Source: an uncultured Gammaproteobacteria bacterium (GTDB lineage Bacteria; Patescibacteriota; Microgenomatia; UBA10105; UBA927). From it: a DNA stretch of 64,000 nucleotides. Positions 18,878 through 27,882 of this stretch are shown here, in pieces. The notes under the pieces were generated by a model. That model made no database searches. It was not told the origin of the DNA and saw nothing but the letters and a program-made list of their open reading frames with translations. The position numbers and the translations under genes were made by a program. Where the stretch lies: NCBI GenBank assembly GCA_964349125.1, contig CAYGFH010000003.1, positions 17,501 to 81,500 of the forward strand, in the 5' to 3' direction. Each line of letters starts with the position of its first letter. Position 1 is the stretch's first letter.

Positions 18878-18920
18878 TACATAGCGAAGTAAGGTGGTAC
18901 CGTCCTCTTTTATAAGAGAA

Positions 18921-18965
18921 CCCTTATATTCACCCCGTTTTGGGGTGTGTATAAGGGTTTTTTTA
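18921..18965 (+). terminator. Second compound hairpin plus U-run, 16 nt upstream of the RBS of the PRTase-like gene. It looks like an attenuator or expression platform.
   Basis: CCCTTATA...ACCCCG-TTTT-GGGGTG...TATAAGGG is followed by TTTTTTTT at 18958-18965. GGAGG at 18972-18976 and the ATG at 18981 follow. Confidence 0.45.
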
Positions 18966-18980
18966 TTATTTGGAGGATAT

Positions 18981-20036
18981 ATGAATACTATTTTTTGGAT
19001 GACAGATGAATTGTTTGCCAAATCCAGGGCAGAAGATTGGAATGCGGTAAAAAAGGCAAGTGAGGAGTTGATTTCTCTGATAGGGAATGAACGTTTCTCT
19101 CACACTATAATTTCGCCTGATAGCTGTATAGGACCGCTTGTACGATCACTTGCAGGTCATCAGTTTAGTGCTGTCGTTGATTTGACTGACAACGGATGGT
19201 TATCTCAGGGGCTTGAGAGTGCACTCTCGCGCGGTACGCCGATTATAACTGATCTCCATATCAGCCGCGTGAGAGAGATCAGTGATCCAACACTCCCCAC
19301 GTCGGGGCATATAGTTCGCACACCACTTGAAGATGTCGTGAGCCTCAGGCAGACTGTTGATTTTTCCCGATCGCTGATACTTGACGATGTATCATTTAGC
19401 GGCAAGAGCAGTGAGTTAGTTATGAGAATATTGGGTCTGGATCCGAGACACACAACCCACGGCTTTCTGATAACAAATACAGGAGACTTGGGGCCTAAAA
19501 CAGACGGAGCGTGGTCCCGGCTGTCAAAAGAAGGCGCAAGGATTCATACTGGGGCGGTCATAAATACTTCGGAAGGTGACGACGGATGGCACATCAAGGA
19601 TTTTGTCCGACATGAACATTTGGATCGTGCTCTCGGGCTTATTCCGGTTATCCACGAACTTTTCAAAGATTCGCGTGGAAATAGAGATATGCTCCAGATG
19701 CTTTTTTCGATGGATTGTACCCGATCCTTATTGTTTCCACACGCGGTTTCTGGTGGAGCCCTCGCAGGGGTGGACGAAGCACAATTTATACGTACAGCGC
19801 AGTTTAGAGGTGAGGGAATGCATACAACAAATCCGAACCTGCTTACATCACCTGCGTTCCTGGAACATATATCGACCGATTCATTCGCGCGACATATCAA
19901 TGAGGTCAGCGATATACTGAATGGCATACAGCAGCTGACAAATCTTCCGGAGGGTAACCGTGATTCGATCGAGGGAATACGTCGTATCGTGGAATCAGAA
20001 CTTCATCAGTCTTCACCAGAAAGAAGGCAACTATGA
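18981..20036 (+). CDS. Phosphoribosyltransferase-like (PRTase-fold) protein with N- and C-terminal extensions
   Basis: LILDDVSFSGKSS matches the PRPP-binding motif (hydrophobic x4-DD-V-x-[ST]-G-x-[ST]) of type I PRTases. The start is set at the ATG at 18981 with a GGAGG SD. The six-frame ORF start at 18894 is an upstream extension that spans the terminators. At 352 aa it is much longer than a canonical PRTase. Confidence 0.4.
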   Translation: MNTIFWMTDELFAKSRAEDWNAVKKASEELISLIGNERFSHTIISPDSCIGPLVRSLAGHQFSAVVDLTDNGWLSQGLESALSRGTPIITDLHISRVREISDPTLPTSGHIVRTPLEDVVSLRQTVDFSRSLILDDVSFSGKSSELVMRILGLDPRHTTHGFLITNTGDLGPKTDGAWSRLSKEGARIHTGAVINTSEGDDGWHIKDFVRHEHLDRALGLIPVIHELFKDSRGNRDMLQMLFSMDCTRSLLFPHAVSGGALAGVDEAQFIRTAQFRGEGMHTTNPNLLTSPAFLEHISTDSFARHINEVSDILNGIQQLTNLPEGNRDSIEGIRRIVESELHQSSPERRQL

Positions 20037-20884
20037 ACCCTGAATTGATTCATATTCCGGAACAGCAGCGTCACAAGCCGCAGATCTTTCTTTGTGATTT
20101 TGATATGACACTTGCGCATGTATATGCGTTTTCGCCGACATGGCAAACACATGTGCCGGTACTGGACCATGAGTTGGTGAGTATGTTGACGGTGCCTGAC
20201 CAATTACTCTGTATCGCGACAGCCAGAGGAGCCAGGGAACCTGTCTCATGGGTAATCGGTCACAGACTTCTTGATCCGAAGGTCCCACTCGTCGTAGAAA
20301 ACGGCGCAGCGCTCTTGTGGAACAGAACTGCTCTATCAAAGCCACCTGCTATTGAACTGCTTATCACTGACCAAGAAGCAACGTTGATTGAGCAGCTAGG
20401 GCGCGATATACAATCAGTGATCCACACCATACCCGCAGTGTCAAAGGATCATGCGGTGCTTATGCGTCCGAATAGGGTAGCATCCATTGAGCTTCGCGCC
20501 GAACACAAAAATACGCACCACGGAACTCCCCAAGAGTACGGGAATATATCCGATTTTCTGCTGACACAGTTCCCGGAAATCGAAACACTGTGCACCATCT
20601 CGACGACAGGAAGTTCGCTGACCATAGAACCAAAGTCGGCAGACAAGAAAGCCGGGATACTTGCTGCGATGAAGCGGGCACATATTGATACAGCAGTAGT
20701 ATTTCCTATCGCTCTTGGAGATAACAGGAATGATACCCCACTGTTTACCCTTGCAAGGGAAATGGGCGGAATTGCCATAGGAGTTTCCACGGACGTTGAC
20801 AAAAGCGCGTGTGATCTCGTTTTTGAAGCAGGAGAGGCGACTACAAAACAAATCGTACAACACATTCAATCACTCTGCCTATGA
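20033..20884 (+). CDS. HAD-superfamily phosphatase (IIB-like)
   Basis: Motif I is DxDxT in LCDFDMTLA, and motif IV is GDxxND in LGDNRNDTPLF. It overlaps its neighbours in ATGA fashion, indicating translational coupling. Confidence 0.6.
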   Translation: MNPELIHIPEQQRHKPQIFLCDFDMTLAHVYAFSPTWQTHVPVLDHELVSMLTVPDQLLCIATARGAREPVSWVIGHRLLDPKVPLVVENGAALLWNRTALSKPPAIELLITDQEATLIEQLGRDIQSVIHTIPAVSKDHAVLMRPNRVASIELRAEHKNTHHGTPQEYGNISDFLLTQFPEIETLCTISTTGSSLTIEPKSADKKAGILAAMKRAHIDTAVVFPIALGDNRNDTPLFTLAREMGGIAIGVSTDVDKSACDLVFEAGEATTKQIVQHIQSLCL

Positions 20885-21783
20885 CAACTTTTTTACTGGA
20901 TACAGACATAGGTACAGATGTGGATGATGCACTCGCTCTTTGCTTTATGCTGGAGAAAAAATCGAAACGATTGCTGGGTGTGATCACCACAAATGGGCCG
21001 ACGAAAACTCGTGCACAGATTGCCAAAACTATTCTGGGACTCAAAGGTTTCCTGCGCATACCCGTATTTCGCGGACAATCAACTGCTCGCACGAACGGTA
21101 TTACCCCATTTGTGACCGGTAACGAGTCTATTGGGATTGAGAGTCAGTCGCATGCATTCCCACTGCGATCGATCCTTCCGTTAATACTTTCCGAGCCCGA
21201 TGGTAGCATTGTGTATATTCTGATTGCTCCCGCTTCCACATGTTCAGCGCTACTGGAAATACCTATGATTCGAAAGAAAATAAAATCTGTAGTGATTATG
21301 GGTGGCGTCATCGCATCTGATCCGACAAAACCCAAGCAAGAGCACAATATCGCGGCCGACCCTGCGTCTTTTTCACGAATATGTGCGTTTCGGATACCTG
21401 TTTTTCTCGTTCCGTTGAACCTGACGCTACCGCACGTATTTCCCGAACGTGCGATTGAAGAGATTTCCCGGTCAGGCTTGCCGCTTGCATCAAAGATGCA
21501 TCTTTGGATTAAACTATGGCGCTCATTTACCCTCACGTTTGGTGAGAAAGACCATTGGTTTAAAAATCGCGTCCTCTTGCACGACCCCATCACTTGCATT
21601 GCCGCCATGCGTAAAAGCGCATTTAGGTGGCAGGATATGGCCGTGACAACGACGCAGGAAGGAGAACTAAAGATAGGGAAAGGTGGCACCGTACGAATTG
21701 CCACAGCAATAAAAAGAGGCGAAATTGCCAAACTGATATCACAGGTTGTATCGAGTATAGTTACGCATAAAAATATGGTATAG
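20881..21783 (+). CDS. Inosine-uridine preferring nucleoside hydrolase family protein
   Basis: The N-terminal LLDTDIGTDVDDALALCF carries the DxDxxxDD Ca2+-binding signature of IU-nucleoside hydrolases. Confidence 0.8.
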   Translation: MTTFLLDTDIGTDVDDALALCFMLEKKSKRLLGVITTNGPTKTRAQIAKTILGLKGFLRIPVFRGQSTARTNGITPFVTGNESIGIESQSHAFPLRSILPLILSEPDGSIVYILIAPASTCSALLEIPMIRKKIKSVVIMGGVIASDPTKPKQEHNIAADPASFSRICAFRIPVFLVPLNLTLPHVFPERAIEEISRSGLPLASKMHLWIKLWRSFTLTFGEKDHWFKNRVLLHDPITCIAAMRKSAFRWQDMAVTTTQEGELKIGKGGTVRIATAIKRGEIAKLISQVVSSIVTHKNMV

Positions 21784-21794
21784 TAGGAAGAATT

Positions 21795-22997
21795 ATGGAT
21801 GATATTGAACGATTACTGACACGGGGAGTTGATACGGTTTATCCGACCCGAAAGGCGCTAGAGGAGGTCCTTCGTTCCGGTAAGAAATTGACGCTCTACC
21901 AGGGGTTTGATCCGACAGGCACACAGTTGCACATAGGTCACATGGTTGGATTTCGAAAGCTACGACAATTTCAGGACCTAGGACACCATGTAATTTTCCT
22001 GATAGGGGATGGTACGGGGTTGGCTGGTGATCCATCCGGCAAAATGAAAGCACGTGGACGGTTCATGACCCGAGAGGAATTGCGCGATAATGCGAAAGCG
22101 TACCTGATGCAGGCCGGAAAAATTGTACGATTTGATGGAGAGAATCCTGTTGAAATACGATATAACGGGGATTGGCTCACAAAGCTGCAACTTCAGGATA
22201 TCCTCGATCTTGCAGGACATTTTACGGTGCAGCAGATGATCGAACGGGATATGTATCAGGTTCGTCTCAAGGCGAATGAACCCATTAACCTTCGCGAATT
22301 TTTATACCCACTACTTCAGGGATACGATTCTGTCGCGATGGATGTGGATTTGGAGCTCGGCGGGAGTGACCAAATGTTTAACATGCTTGCAGGCCGTACG
22401 CTTATGAAAGCGATGAAAGGCAAAGAGAAATTTGTCATGACAGCGCCGTTACTAGCTGATGCGAAGGGAGTAAAGATCGGCAAGTCAGAAGGCAATGTCA
22501 TAGGACTTATAGATGCACCCTCTGATTTCTATGGCAAAATTATGTCTCTCGGCGATGATGCCATCCTACCGTGCTTTACACTACTCACAGATACCGAACC
22601 GGGTGAACTTGATCAAATAAGGACAGCTATTGCCACAGGAACACAAAATCCTATGGTATTTAAAAAACGCCTTGCGTTTGAACTGACAAAAGCCCTCAAT
22701 ACAGAAGCTGATGCGACACAGGCCCAACTCGATTTTGAAACCAGGTTTCAAAAAGGTGATGCGGCTGGAAGTAACATACCGGAAATTGCATTGTCGACGC
22801 TTCCTTTGGATGGAACTCTTATTGACTACCTGGTTGCCGTACAATTCGCCAAAAGTAATTCTGACGCGAGACGTCTAGTGGAACAAAACGCTGTTAAGTA
22901 CAATGATACAGTCATGCATAATCCCAAAGTGCCTATGCATATAAAACCCGGTGATATATTCCAAGCCGGGAGAAAAGCTGTTAAGATAACCGCATAA
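21795..22997 (+). CDS. tyrS: Tyrosyl-tRNA synthetase
   Basis: YQGFDPTGTQLHIGHMVGF is the HIGH motif, KIGKSEGN is the KMSKS-like motif, and a C-terminal S4-like domain is present. Confidence 0.85.
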   Translation: MDDIERLLTRGVDTVYPTRKALEEVLRSGKKLTLYQGFDPTGTQLHIGHMVGFRKLRQFQDLGHHVIFLIGDGTGLAGDPSGKMKARGRFMTREELRDNAKAYLMQAGKIVRFDGENPVEIRYNGDWLTKLQLQDILDLAGHFTVQQMIERDMYQVRLKANEPINLREFLYPLLQGYDSVAMDVDLELGGSDQMFNMLAGRTLMKAMKGKEKFVMTAPLLADAKGVKIGKSEGNVIGLIDAPSDFYGKIMSLGDDAILPCFTLLTDTEPGELDQIRTAIATGTQNPMVFKKRLAFELTKALNTEADATQAQLDFETRFQKGDAAGSNIPEIALSTLPLDGTLIDYLVAVQFAKSNSDARRLVEQNAVKYNDTVMHNPKVPMHIKPGDIFQAGRKAVKITA

Positions 22998-23006
22998 TAG
23001 AAACAG

Positions 23007-23026
23007 ATTCCCGCCTACGCGGGAAT
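23007..23026. repeat. Perfect 8 bp hairpin ATTCCCGC-CTAC-GCGGGAAT immediately after the tyrS stop, with no U-run. It is a sequence relative of the rplT terminator hairpin.
   Basis: Compare 11549-11566 ATCCCGC-TACG-GCGGGAT. The shared core is TCCCGC(C)TACG(C)GCGGGA. Confidence 0.4.
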
Positions 23027-23041
23027 GACAGGAGTAAACAT

Positions 23042-23143
23042 ATGAATTTCTTCAGAAAACATGAACGGCTGTGGAAGGGAATAGTGATTGCTTCATCAAT
23101 CGCCCTTATCGCATCTTCATTTTTACCGCTGTTATCGTTGTAA
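23042..23143 (+). CDS. Candidate small hydrophobic protein (33 aa, single predicted TM helix)
   Basis: A strong SD (ACAGGAG) sits 7 nt upstream of the ATG at 23042. The product is MNFFRKHERLWKGIVIASSIALIASSFLPLLSL. It is absent from the ORF track because it is shorter than 60 aa. Confidence 0.3.
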   Translation: MNFFRKHERLWKGIVIASSIALIASSFLPLLSL

Positions 23144-23269
23144 TACGCGGCAGCTAAACCGAATCTTTCCGTTATCTCATTGCTGTGGGATCTTCTGTAT
23201 ATTTGTACTGATATTTTTAAATCTTCAGAACAAGAGCAATTGGGAAGCAAAACTTGCTATAATCGATGC

Positions 23270-25309
23270 ATGGATCTGACGCTTGATACTCCAGTTCGTT
23301 TTATCCCTCGTGTCGGACCTGTAATGGGCGAGAAATTAGAATCCCTCGGGATTGTCACCATCCGGGACTTTCTGTATCATATCCCGTTTCGGTACGATGA
23401 TTTTTCGCTCGTATCAAAAATTTCCGAGGTGCAGCCTGGGGAAACCGTCACAATTCAGGCTGAGGTGGCATCATTCAGTGCTTTTATCACAAAAAACGGC
23501 AAGAAACTTCAGGAAGCAAAAGTCACTGACGATACGGGCAAACTATCTGTCATCTGGTTTAATCAACCGTTTTTGCGATCGGTCATCCTCCCGGGATCAA
23601 CGATACGCCTGTCCGGACCCGTATCATGGTTTAACCATAAATTGGTACTCAACGCACCGCAATATGAGATTGTGTCCGGAGAAACCGGTGACTCACTCCA
23701 TACCGGTCGACTTGTTCCGATTTACCCTGAAACAGCCGGGATATCCTCGAAATGGATGAGAGGGCGCATTCATTTTCTGCTGGAGTCATTACGATCTGTT
23801 ATCGAGGATCCTATACCAGAGTCCATCAGATCACAGTATACTCTGCCAAATTTGTTCGATGCCCTTACTCAGATACACTTCCCGGAAGATATACAAAAGG
23901 CAGACTCCGCCAAAAAAAGACTTGCCTTTGATGAACTTTTAATACTACAGCTTTTGGCCTATACGCAAAAGCGGGAGAGAATGGCCATAACGAACGCGTA
24001 TATTTGCAAAACACCCACGAAGAAAATTGAAGCTATCATCAAATCGCTTCCATTTACCCTCACCGATGATCAAAGGACCGCGATAGATGAAATAACCGGT
24101 GACTTGTCAAAAGAAGTTCCCATGAATCGACTTCTTGAGGGTGACGTGGGATCAGGGAAAACAATTGTCGCTGCAATAGCCATGTTCAGCGCATTTCAAA
24201 ACAATCTGCAATCTGTCCTTTTGGCGCCCACACAGATACTGGCAGAACAGCACTACAGATCGCTAACGGCTGTGTTGGGTACTAGCGGTGTGGATATCCG
24301 ACTTATGACCGGTAACACCAAGGATCGAACGCCGGCGACCATTACCATCGGGACACACGCCGTACTTTCTGATGACGTGCACTTTAGCAAACTTGGTCTG
24401 GTGGTCATCGACGAACAGCATCGGTTTGGGGTAAAACAACGATCGAAACTGACGGATATGGTCACTAAATCAGCGCATGTACCACATCTTCTAACGATGA
24501 CAGCCACTCCGATTCCAAGGACACTCGCCAAAACTGTGTTTGGAACGCTCGATATCAGCAGACTCAAGACTATGCCGCGCGGGAGAAAACGGGTCAAGAC
24601 TTGGGTAATAAGGGACCAGAAGCGAAAGAATGCATATGAGTGGATACGCTCACAAATCATAGAACTTCATGTGCAGGCATTTATCGTATGTCCGCTTATC
24701 GAGGATTCGGAGAACTTTTCGGAGGTGAAAGCGGTCAAGACCGAATTTGAACAGCTTAAACGGGTCTTTCCGACGCTCAAATTGGGACTTATTCACGGGA
24801 AGCTCTCTGGTAGCGAGAAAAGTGCGATATTGCAGCAGTTCCGGGATGGCGAGTTTGATATATTGGTCGCAACTCCTGTTGTTGAGGTAGGTATCGATAT
24901 CCCAAATGCCACAATCATCGTCATAGAAGGCAGCGAGAGGTTTGGATTGGGTCAACTCCATCAGTTACGGGGAAGAGTCGGCAGAAGTGAAAAGGAATCC
25001 TACTGTTTACTGTTTACCTCAACAACCCAATCAGAACCTGTAACTCGCCTCAAAGCCATGGAAACAATGTACGATGGGGCAGAGCTTGCTGAGGTAGATA
25101 TGAAGCTCAGAGGACCTGGAGATATTTTGGGCAGCCGTCAACACGGTACGGCTTCGATGAAAATTGCATCGTATATGGATGTTAAGGCAGTGAACGACAC
25201 ATATGATGCAGTCAAACTCATCACAAAAGACGATCCGGAACTGACAAATCTTCCCCTCTTGAGGGAAATGGTAAAAAAGAGTAAAATAGAAACTATACAA
25301 CAGGATTAA
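23270..25309 (+). CDS. recG: ATP-dependent DNA helicase RecG
   Basis: Helicase motifs are present: GDVGSGKT (Walker A), DEQHRFG, TATPIPRTLA and QLHQLRGRVGRS. The start was moved to the ATG at 23270 (MDLTLDTPVRFIPRVGP), which matches RecG N-termini. The 23180 TTG start appears to be an upstream extension. Confidence 0.9.
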   Translation: MDLTLDTPVRFIPRVGPVMGEKLESLGIVTIRDFLYHIPFRYDDFSLVSKISEVQPGETVTIQAEVASFSAFITKNGKKLQEAKVTDDTGKLSVIWFNQPFLRSVILPGSTIRLSGPVSWFNHKLVLNAPQYEIVSGETGDSLHTGRLVPIYPETAGISSKWMRGRIHFLLESLRSVIEDPIPESIRSQYTLPNLFDALTQIHFPEDIQKADSAKKRLAFDELLILQLLAYTQKRERMAITNAYICKTPTKKIEAIIKSLPFTLTDDQRTAIDEITGDLSKEVPMNRLLEGDVGSGKTIVAAIAMFSAFQNNLQSVLLAPTQILAEQHYRSLTAVLGTSGVDIRLMTGNTKDRTPATITIGTHAVLSDDVHFSKLGLVVIDEQHRFGVKQRSKLTDMVTKSAHVPHLLTMTATPIPRTLAKTVFGTLDISRLKTMPRGRKRVKTWVIRDQKRKNAYEWIRSQIIELHVQAFIVCPLIEDSENFSEVKAVKTEFEQLKRVFPTLKLGLIHGKLSGSEKSAILQQFRDGEFDILVATPVVEVGIDIPNATIIVIEGSERFGLGQLHQLRGRVGRSEKESYCLLFTSTTQSEPVTRLKAMETMYDGAELAEVDMKLRGPGDILGSRQHGTASMKIASYMDVKAVNDTYDAVKLITKDDPELTNLPLLREMVKKSKIETIQQD

Positions 25310-25352
25310 GTCACATGTATGTCATGTGATTTGTTTTTTGTTATATCGATAT

Positions 25353-25550
25353 ATGGCACCATTACCAAAGAGAAGACATAGTACACGAAGAGGCGGCAAG
25401 CGAAAAGCTTCCATAGCACTTAAGGCTATCGGTTTAGACCGATGTCCAAACTGTGGCGTGCTTCGAATTCCCCATACAGTCTGCAAATCTTGCGGATTTT
25501 ACAATGGAAAAGAAGTTATAAAGCATAAAAGTACAGTGACCAAAAAGTAA
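25353..25550 (+). CDS. rpmF: 50S ribosomal protein L32
   Basis: MAPLPKRRHSTRRGGKRKA...CPNCGVLRIPHTVCKSCGFYNGKEV is L32 with a Cys4 zinc ribbon. The start is the internal ATG of the longer track ORF. Confidence 0.8.
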   Translation: MAPLPKRRHSTRRGGKRKASIALKAIGLDRCPNCGVLRIPHTVCKSCGFYNGKEVIKHKSTVTKK

Positions 25551-25633
25551 GGTGTCGGTGCATTCGCGCGTCAAATACCATTTTTTGTTGATACGCTGGT
25601 CCATAGACACCTCCCAAAAAAAGCGTAGGCATC

Positions 25634-25987
25634 ATGAAAACCTCAAACGATCCACGGCACCAGAAACGGGTTGACCTCATGCAGAAACTGTTTTCCATCA
25701 GCTTTGGACAACCAGATACGGATAGCGAAATTGCGAATATCATCACGAGAATGGCAGAAATAGACGAAAAAATTCAGAAATCCGCAACGGAGTGGCCCCT
25801 TCCAAAAATTGCCAAAATTGATTTGGCAATTCTCCGCCTCGCTGTGTACGAGCTCACAATTGCTAAATCCGAACCGCCCAAAGTGTTGATCGACGAGGCT
25901 GTGGAACTTGCAAAAGCGTATGGGAATGAACACAGCCCCAAATTTATAAACGGAGTGTTGGGAAGCATTTTGAAGGAGCTATCATGA
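25634..25987 (+). CDS. nusB: Transcription antitermination factor NusB
   Basis: [13 protein letters not shown]...[14 protein letters not shown]...INGVLGSI is a NusB signature. Confidence 0.85.
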   Translation: MKTSNDPRHQKRVDLMQKLFSISFGQPDTDSEIANIITRMAEIDEKIQKSATEWPLPKIAKIDLAILRLAVYELTIAKSEPPKVLIDEAVELAKAYGNEHSPKFINGVLGSILKELS

Positions 25988-26673
25988 TGACACTGGACGA
26001 ACTGCAAAAATCATTAGGAATCACATTTACCGACACTTCACTGCTTGAACGCGCGTTTATCCATAGATCATACCTCAATGAGGCGAAACACATTCGCGTA
26101 TCAAATGAGCGTTTAGAGTTTTTAGGTGATGCAGTCCTTTCTTTTCTCACATCTCACTTTTTGTATGAAACGTATCCCGATTATCCTGAAGGCACTCTGA
26201 CAAATATCCGATCCTCACTGGTAAAAACAAATAGCCTCGCTGAAACAGCCAAAACGCTTCATCTGGGAGATGTACTGAAACTCAGTCATGGAGAGGAAGC
26301 ATCAGGAGGGCGGGCAAATCCGTCACTTCTTGCAGACAGTTTCGAAGCCCTTTTGGGTGCGTTATTCCTGGATCAGGGCATAGATGCCGCAAAAGTATTT
26401 CTCACCAAGTACCTGTTCACAAAAACGACGGACATTATAGACAAAAAGGCCTACATTGATTATAAGAGTCTGCTTCAGGAAATTATCCAGCAGGAATCCC
26501 GTGTATCACCCACCTATCATGTGACAAAAAGCGAAGGGCCAGATCACGCCAAGACATTTTGGATCCAAGTGACCGTGGGAACAACCGTATTGGGAGCCGG
26601 AGAGGGCAAATCAAAACAGGAAGCAGAGCAGGCTGCGGCGCACGCGGCGCTTGAGAAGCTGGGTAAAACATGA
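25984..26673 (+). CDS. rnc: Ribonuclease III
   Basis: [11 protein letters not shown] is the RNase III signature. A C-terminal dsRBD is present ([21 protein letters not shown]). Confidence 0.9.
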   Translation: MMTLDELQKSLGITFTDTSLLERAFIHRSYLNEAKHIRVSNERLEFLGDAVLSFLTSHFLYETYPDYPEGTLTNIRSSLVKTNSLAETAKTLHLGDVLKLSHGEEASGGRANPSLLADSFEALLGALFLDQGIDAAKVFLTKYLFTKTTDIIDKKAYIDYKSLLQEIIQQESRVSPTYHVTKSEGPDHAKTFWIQVTVGTTVLGAGEGKSKQEAEQAAAHAALEKLGKT

Positions 26674-26685
26674 TATGATACGACA

Positions 26686-26910
26686 ATGTTAAAGATCAGG
26701 CTCGCACAAACAGGCACGAAAAATAGAAAATCATACCGCATTGTCGCCATAGAGGAAGGCAAGCGTCGTGATGGAAAAAATGTCGAGGTCCTCGGATTTT
26801 ATAATCCTCTGGTAAAACCAGCTCAGGTAAAAATTGATAAAAAAAGGATGGACTATTGGGTAAGTGTGGGAGCACAGGTCACGGATGCTGTCGCCAAACT
26901 CATTAAATAA
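26686..26910 (+). CDS. rpsP: 30S ribosomal protein S16
   Basis: MLKIRLAQTGTKNRKSYRIVAIEEGKRRDGKNVEVLGFYNP. Confidence 0.9.
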   Translation: MLKIRLAQTGTKNRKSYRIVAIEEGKRRDGKNVEVLGFYNPLVKPAQVKIDKKRMDYWVSVGAQVTDAVAKLIK

Positions 26911-26915
26911 TACAC

Positions 26916-27170
26916 ATGAAAGATACTCTGCTGTTTATTCTCCAGAAGCTCGTTGACCATCCTGAAGATGTTGTCATAACTGACTCTAAAGATGGCGATA
27001 GTACTATTTTAACCATCAACGCCAATCAGGAAGACATCGGCAAAATAATCGGCAAGAGCGGTCGCATTATAAAAGCACTCCGTGATATCATTAAGCTCAT
27101 GGCCACAAAAGAACAGACATACGTAGATGTAGTTATAGCAGAGCCGGAACGGCCAGCCACAACAGAATAA
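26916..27170 (+). CDS. KH-domain RNA-binding protein (YlqC/UPF0109-like)
   Basis: The GxxG KH motif is IGKIIGKSGRIIKALRDI. The position between rpsP and trmD is conserved. Confidence 0.7.
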   Translation: MKDTLLFILQKLVDHPEDVVITDSKDGDSTILTINANQEDIGKIIGKSGRIIKALRDIIKLMATKEQTYVDVVIAEPERPATTE

Positions 27171-27198
27171 CATATAGTCAGGACATCCACGCCCGTGT

Positions 27199-27882
27199 AT
27201 GCAAATTAGCGTTATAACACTATTCCCACAGATGTTCGAGCAGGTCTTTTCCCAATCGATAATCAAGCGAGCTCTCAGCAAAAATCACGTATCTATTTCG
27301 TATATCGCTCTACGACAATTTGCAACGGATGCGTATGGATCTGTTGATGATCGACCATACGGCGGGGGACATGGTATGGTTCTGCGCGTTGATATTCTAG
27401 ATAACGCTATAGAATTTGCCAAAAACTCTATGAAGGCGCCCCACGTCCATACCGTACTTTTGGACGCATCGGGCACACCGTACAAGCAAAAAATCGCGCA
27501 GACGCTTGCAAGCCGGGACAGTATGATACTTGTGTGCGGGCATTACGAAGGAGTAGACGCCCGTGTTTTTTCTCTCGTTGATGAATGTATTTCCATCGGG
27601 GATTATGTATTGACCGGAGGTGAAATTCCCGCAATGGTACTTATAGACAGTGTTGTAAGGTTGCTTCCCGGTGTTCTTTCTAAAGAAATAGCGACACAGG
27701 ATGAGTCATTTTCTGCTGATGAAAAGCTTTTGGAGTATCCACAATACACGAGGCCTGATGATTATAAATCCATGAAAGTACCTGAAATACTTCTAAGAGG
27801 AAATCATGGCGAAATCGCCAAATGGAGAAAAGCGAAAGCCGCTGAAAAAACAGTCAAATACAGGCCTGATCTTACAAGCTAA
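27199..27882 (+). CDS. trmD: tRNA (guanine37-N1)-methyltransferase
   Basis: MQISVITLFPQMFE...GGGHGMVLRVD...LVCGHYEGVDARV is a TrmD SPOUT signature. Confidence 0.9.
   Translation: MQISVITLFPQMFEQVFSQSIIKRALSKNHVSISYIALRQFATDAYGSVDDRPYGGGHGMVLRVDILDNAIEFAKNSMKAPHVHTVLLDASGTPYKQKIAQTLASRDSMILVCGHYEGVDARVFSLVDECISIGDYVLTGGEIPAMVLIDSVVRLLPGVLSKEIATQDESFSADEKLLEYPQYTRPDDYKSMKVPEILLRGNHGEIAKWRKAKAAEKTVKYRPDLTS

Noticed and set aside
18610-18980. Attempted identification of the noncoding region as tmRNA, RNase P RNA, SRP RNA or a purine, ZTP or preQ1 riboswitch
   Set aside because: I could not find the conserved cores by eye on either strand: GGAAGCAGC for SRP, AGGAAAGUCCGGGC for RNase P P4, a tRNA-like 3' end with CCA for tmRNA, or the purine-riboswitch J2/3 and L3 motifs. 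The region is reported only as an unclassified candidate RNA.
18554-19021. 155 aa minus-strand ORF spanning the PBP1A start, the intergenic region and the start of the PRTase-like gene
   Set aside because: It overlaps two well-supported gene starts and runs antisense through two plus-strand terminators. It has no SD and no recognisable motifs. The region is better explained as noncoding.
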